A stretch of 40,088 nucleotides of DNA from positions 1-40,088 of the IMG/VR virus record IMGVR_UViG_3300038393_000587; one strand, 5' to 3'. Origin of the DNA: a virus (taxonomy: Duplodnaviria; Caudoviricetes). This document shows positions 9,957 to 17,225 of the stretch, piece after piece (the stretch's first letter is position 1; every line of letters begins with the position of its first letter). Both the position numbers and the translations under genes were made by a program. A model generated the notes under the pieces. It worked only from the letters and a program-made list of their open reading frames with translations. It was not told the DNA's origin and ran no database searches.

Positions 9957-10194
9957 CCTGGCCGGGTGCGCTGGTCCGGTAGTTCAAACGAAGGTAATTG
10001 AAAAGCCGGTTCCAGTACCGTGTGAGGTACTGCTACCTGAAGAATGTAAAGACGCCTACGCGGTAGACAAGGTATCGCCGCGCGATGACCCGATGACCAT
10101 AAACCGCGCATTCCGGGCCGAGATCGAGGAAAGGACCGCTTGCGAGATCAAGTTACGGGCCGCGTTGACGGGGTGTAATAAAAGACTTAATTAA
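9928..10194 (+). CDS. o-spanin (Rz1-like lipoprotein)
   Basis: Lipobox LAGC after short signal peptide; Pro-rich KPVPVPC; overlaps i-spanin 3' end. Confidence 0.85.
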   Translation: MLKAAILVLSLAGCAGPVVQTKVIEKPVPVPCEVLLPEECKDAYAVDKVSPRDDPMTINRAFRAEIEERTACEIKLRAALTGCNKRLN

Positions 10195-10226
10195 GGAACT
10201 TTTTACCATGTGTTAAACACCGAACA

Positions 10227-10254
10227 TTGCACATGATAAAAATATGGGTATAAT
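10227..10254 (+). promoter_or_regulatory. Sigma70-like promoter for the 10312 gene
   Basis: TTGCAC-16 bp-TATAAT in AT-rich gap. Confidence 0.5.
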
Positions 10255-10311
10255 TACTCCCGCGTACCGACATCCGTCGGTTACGAATCCCACATAAGAG
10301 GAGTAATTAAA

Positions 10312-10839
10312 ATGTTCGTATCCGCCGCCCTCATGCAGAAAGACGCTGTAAGTACCAAAACCAAGACAAGCCCAGAGAAAGAAAACGGTATACTGATCGC
10401 TACCGATGTAGCGAAAGCGAAAAGGGGGAAGGGGATAGTACACTTCGTTCGCATCCGTATTGGTAGCGAACTGGCGAAGAAAGCCAAATTCGAACCCGGG
10501 ATGAAGGTCGATTTGCTGATCGGTAAAGATGAGGATGCAGGCAAGGGTATGCTTGTGCGAGTACCGCCCGACCACGAAACAGGCTGGCTTCTGGCAGGAC
10601 TGCGCAGAACCGCCGCCGGGGAACAGCCTTTGCAGTTACGCTACACCTGGCATGTGAACCATCCGTCGATTGCGGAACCCGCACTGAGCACCGAAGTCAA
10701 GGCGTCGTCGAAAGAAGGAATATCGTTTAGGTTCCCCGAAGGCACGAAGTTTAACGAGTTGGCTGTAGAAACTGAAGCCCAACCGGAATTAATGTTCCGT
10801 CGCCGGTCCACGGATAAACCCCACTGGAAGGTGGCTTAA
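10312..10839 (+). CDS. Hypothetical protein, moron-like, possible AbrB-like segment
   Basis: RBS GAGGAG; own candidate promoter; IRIGSELAKKAKFEPGMKVDLLI resembles swapped-hairpin DNA-binding domains. Confidence 0.6.
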   Translation: MFVSAALMQKDAVSTKTKTSPEKENGILIATDVAKAKRGKGIVHFVRIRIGSELAKKAKFEPGMKVDLLIGKDEDAGKGMLVRVPPDHETGWLLAGLRRTAAGEQPLQLRYTWHVNHPSIAEPALSTEVKASSKEGISFRFPEGTKFNELAVETEAQPELMFRRRSTDKPHWKVA

Positions 10840-10868
10840 TAAAAACTCGGTGCGCCCTGGTACTGTTC

Positions 10869-11006
10869 TCATATTAAGACCGCAGTAGCGGCATAGAATA
10901 GTATCGGGGAAACCAAAGTAAACAGCAGTGCCCGCAGCATCCTCTCGTCAAGCCGCGAAAATCCGCCTTCCCCTGATAGAAATTTCTGCCACCAGTTACG
11001 TTTCAT
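10869..11006 (-). CDS. Small membrane protein (45 aa)
   Basis: MKRNWWQKFL...ALLFTLVSPILFYAATAVLI; ATG overlaps the 3' end of the upstream gene. Confidence 0.45.
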   Translation of the reverse strand: MKRNWWQKFLSGEGGFSRLDERMLRALLFTLVSPILFYAATAVLI

Positions 11007-11337
11007 CCGGCACCTCTCCCCCGAATCTAAGTGCGACAACAAGACGGCAAGTAGCCTGTAAAGCATTCATTCCCGTCATCGGCTTTCCGGCGAGAAATTT
11101 GGCGTCGTATTTCCCGTCACCCTTATGACCTAACGAGATCCCATACTTCTGGATAATCGGCCCGCCTTGTGACCAGTCGGTAGAAGGGGAGTATGGTTCA
11201 GATCGTAAACTGTCTTCAGACAGATCCACCGTGCAATATTGTTTTCCGAGAAATATATTACCCCTTGGTATCCCCTCCGCTCTGGCTACCCAGTAATCCA
11301 ATTCCGCCCCGTTCAGTTCCGATACTTTTTTATTCAA
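10996..11337 (-). CDS. NinX/DUF2591-like phage protein
   Basis: VSELNGAELDYWVARAEG and YSPSTDWSQGGPII motifs; RBS AGGAG. Confidence 0.8.
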   Translation of the reverse strand: MNKKVSELNGAELDYWVARAEGIPRGNIFLGKQYCTVDLSEDSLRSEPYSPSTDWSQGGPIIQKYGISLGHKGDGKYDAKFLAGKPMTGMNALQATCRLVVALRFGGEVPDET

Positions 11338-11476
11338 GTGTTTCTCCTATGCTAATGGAATATATGACATTGCCGTGCGGATTTTTCTGCCACACATCTG
11401 CGTTTTTGGCACTTTATTGCACTTTTTGCAGTTCGTAACTCCCTGATTTGTATAAGAATCAGTACCCACCTGAGTA

Positions 11477-11530
11477 ACTTAAAATCCCTCGGGGAAACCC
11501 TTGCCGGTTCGATTCCGGCTCCGGGCATCA
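11477..11530 (+). mobile_element. attP core: 3' half of tRNA-Leu(UAA)
   Basis: ACTTAAAATCCCTC anticodon loop and 3' stem, GGGGAAACCC variable arm, GCCGG-TTCGATT-CCGGC T arm, TCCGGGCA acceptor strand; 5' half absent; next to integrase 3' end. Confidence 0.9.
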
Positions 11531-11534
11531 ATAA

Positions 11535-11547
11535 AATCAAAGACTTA
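11535..11547 (+). promoter_or_regulatory. IHF-consensus site in attP arm
   Basis: AATCAAAGACTTA matches WATCAANNNNTTR; a one-mismatch inverted copy lies at 11436-11448. Confidence 0.6.
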
Positions 11548-12576
11548 CGACTCGTACCCCTCGGGGGTATCACTAAGGGGTGCGGATTTTTCTGCCACGA
11601 TTGGCAACCCCAAAATTAATTTCTTTACCCGTTCGGGGTAAAGGTGTGAATACCTGTCCGTCGATTGAACCGAATCGTGGTTCAGCACGTTCCCCACTTC
11701 CCCCAGCGTGGCGCCGGTTGACAACAGGGCGGACGCAAGCGAATGCCTCTCGTCGTGAATGCGTATGTGGCTCATTCCTGCGGCCCTACGCGCGGCCCAA
11801 AACCTTTGGTAGTAGTACGAGTCACCCCACTGGAAGGGAATGAACTGTAGCGCCCAGGATGCGTTTGGGTGTACCGGGATCATGTGTGGTGTTCCGTTCT
11901 TGCTGTCCGGGATACTGATCCACGGTTGCCCGTCCGCCACCAGGATTTGGTCGGCCTTCAACGTGAGTATTTCCGACCGCCACCGCAGCCCCGTGTAAAA
12001 GGCGAGCGTAAGCAGGGCTCGCGTTTCGGTATCTTCACAGTGCGCGAGCAGCCGGGTATGTAGCGCATCCTGGGTTACGTAGACGTGCCGCTTGTTGTTC
12101 ACCTTCGGCATTATCATCTTGTCGGTGTAGTCCCGATCCCCTAGATCGTGGTCGGTGTATGCGTACCGCACCGCCGCCTTCAAATACGCCAACCGGTTTT
12201 TGACGGTGGCGGGTGCCAGGTGCGGATTTTCTTGCACATATTTTTTAGCGACGGCACCCAGCGAGTCCAACCGCTTCCCGGTAATGTAGGGCAGAAGGTG
12301 CGCCATGTCCTGCGCGGCCTTGGTACCGTTCTTTAAATGCGGTATTTTGTGGTCAAGATATAACTGCATGGCTTCGCTTATCTCGGGTATCGGTTTCTCT
12401 ATCCCGCTTGCAACGGCATACAGGCGGGCGCTTTCCTGTTGGTCGAATGCGCGGGCCTGATTTTCACCCCAGCCTTTCGGAAGGAGTTTAGAAGTGCGGT
12501 ATCGCTCGCCGTTGGGAAGCTTCCTGTTGAATTCGAAACGCCAGCATTTCTTACTTTTATCATATCTGATCGGCAT
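11545..12576 (-). CDS. int: Tyrosine recombinase / phage integrase
   Basis: Catalytic residues: TGLR, SKNG, HDERH, LNH...TDRYSH. Confidence 0.95.
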   Translation of the reverse strand: MPIRYDKSKKCWRFEFNRKLPNGERYRTSKLLPKGWGENQARAFDQQESARLYAVASGIEKPIPEISEAMQLYLDHKIPHLKNGTKAAQDMAHLLPYITGKRLDSLGAVAKKYVQENPHLAPATVKNRLAYLKAAVRYAYTDHDLGDRDYTDKMIMPKVNNKRHVYVTQDALHTRLLAHCEDTETRALLTLAFYTGLRWRSEILTLKADQILVADGQPWISIPDSKNGTPHMIPVHPNASWALQFIPFQWGDSYYYQRFWAARRAAGMSHIRIHDERHSLASALLSTGATLGEVGNVLNHDSVQSTDRYSHLYPERVKKLILGLPIVAEKSAPLSDTPEGYES

Positions 12577-12746
12577 GATTGTCTAAAGGCGTCCAGGGAC
12601 GCCGTATCGAAGCGCGTGACGCGCGGGCCGTATATGATACGAGGGATTTTTCCCTGTTGCACGAAATAGTAGAACGTCCGAAGAGAAAGCCCTAGATATT
12701 CAGCGGCTTCAGGGGCTTTCAGATCGCGGTTTGGGGTTTGGGTCAT
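12399..12746 (-). CDS. xis: Excisionase (AlpA/HTH_17-like)
   Basis: Start revised to 12746; EAAEYLGLSLRTFY...GKIP...GPRVTRF winged HTH; overlaps the int 5' end. Confidence 0.8.
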   Translation of the reverse strand: MTQTPNRDLKAPEAAEYLGLSLRTFYYFVQQGKIPRIIYGPRVTRFDTASLDAFRQSCRSDMIKVRNAGVSNSTGSFPTASDTALLNSFRKAGVKIRPAHSTNRKAPACMPLQAG

Positions 12747-12916
12747 GTGCTGGTGCGGATTATTTGTTTCGGGTTTGGATTGCAATCGGGATGTCTTACC
12801 CATTCCCGATCGCTGGCACACGTACCTTTAACCAACATTTGCCGGTGGTTGTCTACCCATCCGGTGAACGCAACCGTGGTTACGATCCAGGCGACCAGGA
12901 ACCACGGTAGGGTCAT
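12743..12916 (-). CDS. Small protein with N-terminal hydrophobic segment (57 aa)
   Basis: Read by hand: MTLPWFLVAWIVTTVAFTGW...; ATGA overlaps at both ends. Confidence 0.55.
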   Translation of the reverse strand: MTLPWFLVAWIVTTVAFTGWVDNHRQMLVKGTCASDREWVRHPDCNPNPKQIIRTST

Positions 12917-13056
12917 TCGTAACTCCGTTCTTCTGGTATGAACCGTTCCACCGCGCGAAAGTGGAACACTTCCTGTTCCTGGTAACTTACCTCTTCCTCG
13001 GGTGTGTCCAAGTATGAGTATTCTATCTCCGCGGTGTCGCTAATGTGCCTTGGCAT
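12913..13056 (-). CDS. Small acidic hypothetical protein (47 aa)
   Basis: MPRHISDTAEIEYSY...; RBS AGGAG; first gene after the 13119 promoter. Confidence 0.55.
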   Translation of the reverse strand: MPRHISDTAEIEYSYLDTPEEEVSYQEQEVFHFRAVERFIPEERSYE

Positions 13057-13090
13057 TTCTCTATCTCCTGTAACCGTAATTGGTAGTGAA

Positions 13091-13119
13091 ACTGTATCAG
13101 GAGATAGTAACCGTGTCAA
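13091..13119 (-). promoter_or_regulatory. Leftward sigma70 promoter for the xis-int operon
   Basis: TTGACA-cggttactatctcctga(17)-TACAGT. Confidence 0.7.
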
Positions 13120-13126
13120 GCACTTA

Positions 13127-13327
13127 TTATGGTATTTTCAAGTAATCTCTACATCTTCCGCAGTGTCCCTGTACGAGTCGTAGAAAGTGTTCTCCGCACT
13201 CCTTACAAACACCCTGCTTACCAATGGGCATGTGTGCAGCTTTCACCCGTATAAGCGCCATCCGGTCGTTGAAAATTACGTTATCGCGCGCGGTTTCCGA
13301 ACCGGCGATGTCTGCTTCATCGGCCAT
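13127..13327 (-). CDS. TraR/DksA-family C4 zinc finger protein
   Basis: N-terminal DEADIA (DxxDxA) plus CKEC...CGRC; RBS AGGAG. Confidence 0.75.
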   Translation of the reverse strand: MADEADIAGSETARDNVIFNDRMALIRVKAAHMPIGKQGVCKECGEHFLRLVQGHCGRCRDYLKIP

Positions 13328-13330
13328 AAC

Positions 13331-13531
13331 CTAACTCCTTAATCCTAATTGTTTTTCGAGTTCCTTATCTCGCTTCGGAAGCGGGCACCAGGCGATCCAG
13401 CCGAGCCCTTTTTCCCAACACCCTATCGCTACGCACCCTTCCTTGTGCAGAAGCAGCACCTTGGAATACTTGTCCGGTGGCGCGGTGTACCGCCATCCCA
13501 GTTCGCTGTTCGTGGCAGTGGTTGGGTTCAA
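13331..13531 (-). CDS. Hypothetical protein (DUF551-like)
   Basis: W...PP...KVLL...WIAWCPLP pattern; ATGA overlap with helicase. Confidence 0.55.
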   Translation of the reverse strand: MNPTTATNSELGWRYTAPPDKYSKVLLLHKEGCVAIGCWEKGLGWIAWCPLPKRDKELEKQLGLRS

Positions 13532-14931
13532 TGCCTTCTCCTTAACGCTTCAAGTAGTATGTCCTGTACTTCCCGTTTGGTTTCCACTCGCGCCATTACC
13601 AGTTCGTCTACCGTGTCACGCGCGATAATGTTGTGGATGAACACGTTCCGGTCGTAGCCGGCTTGCAGTTGGCGGACTGGTCCGATACGTTCCAATATCT
13701 GCAAGCGGTCTTCCAGATTCCAGGTATGCCCGAAGAACACTAGTATGTTCCCGCCGTCCTGCAAGTTCAGCCCGTGGCCGGCGGATTGGGGATGCGCGAA
13801 GAGAACCGGTATGTTTCCTTTATTCCACCCGGTAATGGTTGAGGATTCTTTGTCGAGATGACGACCAGCGGGAAATGCTTTCCTAAGCCTGGCGAGATCG
13901 GACTTGAATTGGTACGCGACCAGTACAGGAGCCCCGGCCGCTTCTTCGATAATTTCGTCAAGGGCTTGGATTTTGGCATCGTGCAACTCCTTCCATTCTT
14001 TGGATTTCGGGTCGTAGTCGTTCTCTACCAGCGGATCCACGTAACAGGCGCCGTTCGCTATTTGTAAAAGCTTTTGGGTACGGGCGGCCGCGTTGAACGC
14101 TTCGATCTCGTGGCCGCTTTCCAAACGGATGAAAAAATCCTTTTCCATCTCGTCGTACAGCTTGCGCACCTTCGACGGGAGATCCACGTAAATGTTATTC
14201 ACGATCGGTTCTTTCAAATCGAACCAGTCTTTCGCGTCAACGGTCAGGCAGAGATCCCCAAGCGCGGCTTGTATTTCTCGTTGCGCGTGTTCGTGTGGCG
14301 TGAGCCCGAAGCCATCGAACGCGGTAGCGAACCAGCGGTCCCGAAACCCCGTGTAGGTTCTACCCAACCGCTGGCCGGCGTCCAGGAACCACGTTTGCCC
14401 CCATAGGTCTTGTAGCCCGTTGGGTGCCGGCGTGCCGGTTAGATTCGTGAACCGCTTGATATGGGTATGGGCAACTTTCGCCAGCGCACGGGATCGCTTC
14501 GTACCCTGCTTCAAGCGGAACCCTTTCAGCCGTGTGGACTCGTCCGACACAACATGGTCGAACGGCCACCGCTTGCCGAAGTGCTCAACCAGCCAGGGGA
14601 TGTTCTCGTAGTTGGTTGTGTAAATACTGGCGTCGTACTTCAACGCCTGCCGCCGTTCGGCTTCACTGCCCAATATCGGCATTACGCTGATGTGGCGGAG
14701 GTGGTCCCACTTGCGGGCCTCTTCCGGCCACGTGGATTTTGCGACCCGCAACGGGGCGAGAACTAGCTTGGGATGGTCATCGCCGCACAGGAACAGGTTG
14801 TCCAGGGCGGTAAGTGTGGAGATCGTCTTGCCCATCCCCATACCCGCCCATATGGCACCGCGGGGTACATCCATGATGTGGGAAGTAATAAGCCCCTGGT
14901 AGGGGCGGGGGGTGTACACCTTGCGGCTCAT
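13528..14931 (-). CDS. SNF2-like superfamily 2 helicase
   Basis: Start revised to MSRKVYTPRPYQ; GMGMGKT, VVSDES, LTGTP, SAGHGLNLQ, QILERI. Confidence 0.92.
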   Translation of the reverse strand: MSRKVYTPRPYQGLITSHIMDVPRGAIWAGMGMGKTISTLTALDNLFLCGDDHPKLVLAPLRVAKSTWPEEARKWDHLRHISVMPILGSEAERRQALKYDASIYTTNYENIPWLVEHFGKRWPFDHVVSDESTRLKGFRLKQGTKRSRALAKVAHTHIKRFTNLTGTPAPNGLQDLWGQTWFLDAGQRLGRTYTGFRDRWFATAFDGFGLTPHEHAQREIQAALGDLCLTVDAKDWFDLKEPIVNNIYVDLPSKVRKLYDEMEKDFFIRLESGHEIEAFNAAARTQKLLQIANGACYVDPLVENDYDPKSKEWKELHDAKIQALDEIIEEAAGAPVLVAYQFKSDLARLRKAFPAGRHLDKESSTITGWNKGNIPVLFAHPQSAGHGLNLQDGGNILVFFGHTWNLEDRLQILERIGPVRQLQAGYDRNVFIHNIIARDTVDELVMARVETKREVQDILLEALRRRH

Positions 14932-15173
14932 TTTTTCTTTATTCGGTTTTTGTAGTATTGCTTTGACCGCTCGGAAGCACATTCCTTACAGTATGCCTGT
15001 AGCGCCCGCCCGCTGATTCCACCATCGATAGACCGTGGCCGGGTCTTACACATGGGGCAGGTTACACAACGCACTTCCGGTGCCTTGCGAAACGGGGGCG
15101 GGGGTACCGTAAGCAGATCCAGCCATGTGGGCATGGGCGGCGGTGCAGTGGGGGTACAGGCTTGCTGTCTCAC
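14928..15173 (-). CDS. Small zinc-finger protein
   Basis: CPMC...YCKEC, basic C-terminus; overlaps neighbours at both ends. Confidence 0.55.
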   Translation of the reverse strand: MRQQACTPTAPPPMPTWLDLLTVPPPPFRKAPEVRCVTCPMCKTRPRSIDGGISGRALQAYCKECASERSKQYYKNRIKKK

Positions 15174-15343
15174 AACGCGAACTCTTGTTTGAAGTCCACG
15201 GGCGCGGCCCGGAACATTTCGATTTCGCTTTCTTCGAAAACGGTATCCTTCGGGAAGCGAATCACGTCGGTCGCCCTACCGTTCACCAATCGGGCAAGCA
15301 CTCTTTTCTTGTTGTCGATCAAAACCATTATTGGTGTTCTCAT
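15170..15343 (-). CDS. Hypothetical protein (57 aa)
   Basis: Read by hand: MRTPIMVLIDNKKRVLARL...; fills the gap with ATGA/GTGA overlaps. Confidence 0.55.
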   Translation of the reverse strand: MRTPIMVLIDNKKRVLARLVNGRATDVIRFPKDTVFEESEIEMFRAAPVDFKQEFAL

Positions 15344-15621
15344 CTTGTTATTTCTTCCATGAAGTGGTCTATTAACTGGAACGTATCGAGCGTATGTACG
15401 GGGTCGCCGTGCTTCGCCATCCGTTCATGTTCCCTTGCCTGCTCCGGTCGCAATGTTTCCCCGGGTGCCTTCAGTTCTACCCAGTGCCCACCGTGAAGCA
15501 TAACCCTGCGATCCGGTGCGCCCCGCCTACCGATCCATTTACATTTCCGTATCTCCCCTCCGGCGTCCGTTACACGGGTTACCAGATAGCGTTCTATATC
15601 ACGTTCCCGAATTGCGGTCAT
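15340..15621 (-). CDS. VRR-NUC domain nuclease
   Basis: RERDIERYL...GAPDR...WVELKAPG...LRPEQ. Confidence 0.88.
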   Translation of the reverse strand: MTAIRERDIERYLVTRVTDAGGEIRKCKWIGRRGAPDRRVMLHGGHWVELKAPGETLRPEQAREHERMAKHGDPVHTLDTFQLIDHFMEEITR

Positions 15622-15844
15622 ACTCTTTCGCGCGTGCGTCCATGCGGTCGAATATAGCGTATATCTTGACATAGCATCTAACGATAACGATTGCCGAACA
15701 CACCATGACTACCAAAGGCACGTAAAACGTCCAGGGCTGATCCGTTGGGAATGGCCCCCCGACCTTGAAAGCGGCCAGATAAATAATTCCGCAAAGGGAG
15801 ACAGCTACGAACCAGGGCATAACGCTTTTAGTTTTCACGCCCAT
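15599..15844 (-). CDS. Two-TM membrane protein
   Basis: Two hydrophobic segments; co-oriented with operon. Confidence 0.5.
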   Translation of the reverse strand: MGVKTKSVMPWFVAVSLCGIIYLAAFKVGGPFPTDQPWTFYVPLVVMVCSAIVIVRCYVKIYAIFDRMDARAKEYDRNSGT

Positions 15845-15996
15845 TCCCTAACCCCTTTCCGTATCTTCTGCCTCGGCTGGTAAGAATAGAACCCGTCTTC
15901 CCATTCGCTTGCGGACTTCTCATCGTGGTACGGATTGTCGTCCAGACTGAAGCCCCTTTCAGCGGCCCGGCGACCGGCGTTGTATGGCGTGTTCAT
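15835..15996 (-). CDS. Rmf/CrpP-like small protein (53 aa)
   Basis: Read by hand: MNTPYNAGRRAAERGFSLDDNPYHDEKSASEWEDGF...; G-xx-A-xxx-G-(x)-PY-(x)-W-xx-G pattern; ATGA overlap. Confidence 0.55.
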   Translation of the reverse strand: MNTPYNAGRRAAERGFSLDDNPYHDEKSASEWEDGFYSYQPRQKIRKGVREWA

Positions 15997-16184
15997 TCTT
16001 CTTTAGCCCCTTCGTCGTCGTCCGGCGCTACATCGTAACTCGCGTGTACTCGCACATCCGCCCAGGCTCGTAGCTCGTCCATTATCTCCGTAGGTTTTAT
16101 GTCGTCAGCCAGACATACTACTTGCGTAATTTCCGTGTTTATATTTCCCTCGTGTACTAGTCCCACCCGAAACATAAGTCTCAC
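15993..16184 (-). CDS. Hypothetical protein
   Basis: 63 aa, overlaps both neighbours. Confidence 0.5.
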   Translation of the reverse strand: MRLMFRVGLVHEGNINTEITQVVCLADDIKPTEIMDELRAWADVRVHASYDVAPDDDEGAKEE

Positions 16185-16408
16185 TTTAAAACCTCTTTTA
16201 CATGTAGAAAGTTGAATATACGTCGAACCCAGTATCCTCTAACGAGGGAGATGATAGTGAACCATGCCGCTATTACCATATTTGATCCTAGTGTCAGGTC
16301 TATACCATACGCGGGGAATATCGCTACTTGCGATATCACCGCAACACTGTAACCGATAATGGTACTCGTTATTGTTTCTATTACAGAACCGCGTTTCGAT
16401 TGACTCAT
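16181..16408 (-). CDS. Conserved phage two-TM membrane protein
   Basis: MSQSKRGSVIE...IGY...QVAIFP...SLVRGYWVRRIFN, a pattern common in phages; start revised to 16408. Confidence 0.7.
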   Translation of the reverse strand: MSQSKRGSVIETITSTIIGYSVAVISQVAIFPAYGIDLTLGSNMVIAAWFTIISLVRGYWVRRIFNFLHVKEVLK

Positions 16409-16502
16409 AGTGGAACCGTGAAGGAATGGTTTACCCACAAATAATAGTCAACAGCGCCGAGTAGGCAGATCAGGTACACCAAACCCTTTACGATGGGATC
16501 GG

Positions 16503-16661
16503 TCATCTTAGGGAATCGACGACCGCTTGAAGCTGGTCGCGGAATTTCTCTTCCTGGGTTGGGACCACAGGTTCCTGATCGTATATGAATTGCTCCAAAG
16601 GAGTCAGATCGTGCCCCTCTTCCTTCTTGATGTCACACTCAACCCAGGTTGGTATCACCAC
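16503..16661 (-). CDS. Hypothetical protein (52 aa)
   Basis: GTG start with AGGAGG RBS; LTPLEQFIYDQEP. Confidence 0.5.
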   Translation of the reverse strand: MVIPTWVECDIKKEEGHDLTPLEQFIYDQEPVVPTQEEKFRDQLQAVVDSLR

Positions 16662-16663
16662 GA

Positions 16664-16831
16664 CTAATCCTCCTGCTCTAATTGCTGTTCCGGTTCGGCA
16701 CGCCCTTGTTTCCTGGTCGCGTGAAGGTGTTTGAAAATCTTGTCGCCCAGCATCAGGTCGGGAATGTTCACCGAATGCCGTGAGAGGCGTTCAGCGGCTT
16801 CTTCCAGAAGTTCTTTTTCGGTGGTGTTCAC
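16664..16831 (-). CDS. Hypothetical protein (55 aa)
   Basis: Read by hand: GTG start, NTTEKELLEEAAERL... Confidence 0.4.
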   Translation of the reverse strand: MNTTEKELLEEAAERLSRHSVNIPDLMLGDKIFKHLHATRKQGRAEPEQQLEQED

Positions 16832-16832
16832 T

Positions 16833-16970
16833 TTATTTGCCGTCCCCCAGTTCTTGTACTATCTCGTCGGCTTTTTCTTTCAGGTACTCAAAATCGCTCG
16901 GTACCGACTCGGAAACCATACGAGCGAAATCTTCTAACCTCGCGGCGAGGTCTGCCGGGTAACATTTCAT
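16833..16970 (-). CDS. Hypothetical protein (45 aa)
   Basis: Read by hand: MKCYPADLAARLEDFARM...; ATGA overlap with upstream gene. Confidence 0.45.
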   Translation of the reverse strand: MKCYPADLAARLEDFARMVSESVPSDFEYLKEKADEIVQELGDGK

Positions 16971-17224
16971 TTTTCCTGTACCCTCTCAGCAAGAGCAATG
17001 TAACCGGCGGTGTCTACCATGCTGTCCCGGTGCTCGGGTTGGTTCTTTAGCCTGGCGAGCTTGAGCAGGCACATCATTATGCATACGTCGTTTGCCGTTA
17101 TTTCTTTGCCGAGATGCCCGGACCAGTATTGGGCGATCAGATTTAAATTCTTGGAAGGATGGCCGTAAGTCTTTTCACGATCCCCGTATATGATCTCTTG
17201 CGCTTCTTCTAATACGCTTGGCAT
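16967..17224 (-). CDS. DUF6378-like protein
   Basis: LEEA...GDREKTYG...IAQYWS...MMCLLKLAR...HRDSMVDTAGY. Confidence 0.75.
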   Translation of the reverse strand: MPSVLEEAQEIIYGDREKTYGHPSKNLNLIAQYWSGHLGKEITANDVCIMMCLLKLARLKNQPEHRDSMVDTAGYIALAERVQEK

Positions 17225-17225
17225 T

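Larger units (their letters stand above)
11375..11598. repeat. 19-bp direct repeat GTGCGGATTTTTCTGCCAC flanking the att core (candidate integrase arm-type sites)
   Basis: Identical copies at 11375-11393 and 11580-11598. Confidence 0.7.

Noticed and set aside
11440-11530. Complete tRNA-Leu gene
   Set aside because: No D arm, 5' acceptor strand or 5' anticodon stem upstream; only the 3' half is present, as expected for attP.
16405-16506. 33-aa hydrophobic minus-strand ORF MTDPIVKGLVYLICLLGAVDYYLW...
   Set aside because: Plausible from ATGA overlaps but too short and featureless to call.
16664-16970. Single frameshifted gene across a G5 run near 16844-16848
   Set aside because: Equally explained by two short ORFs with stop and GTG start 1 nt apart; no evidence for a frameshift without homologues or reads.
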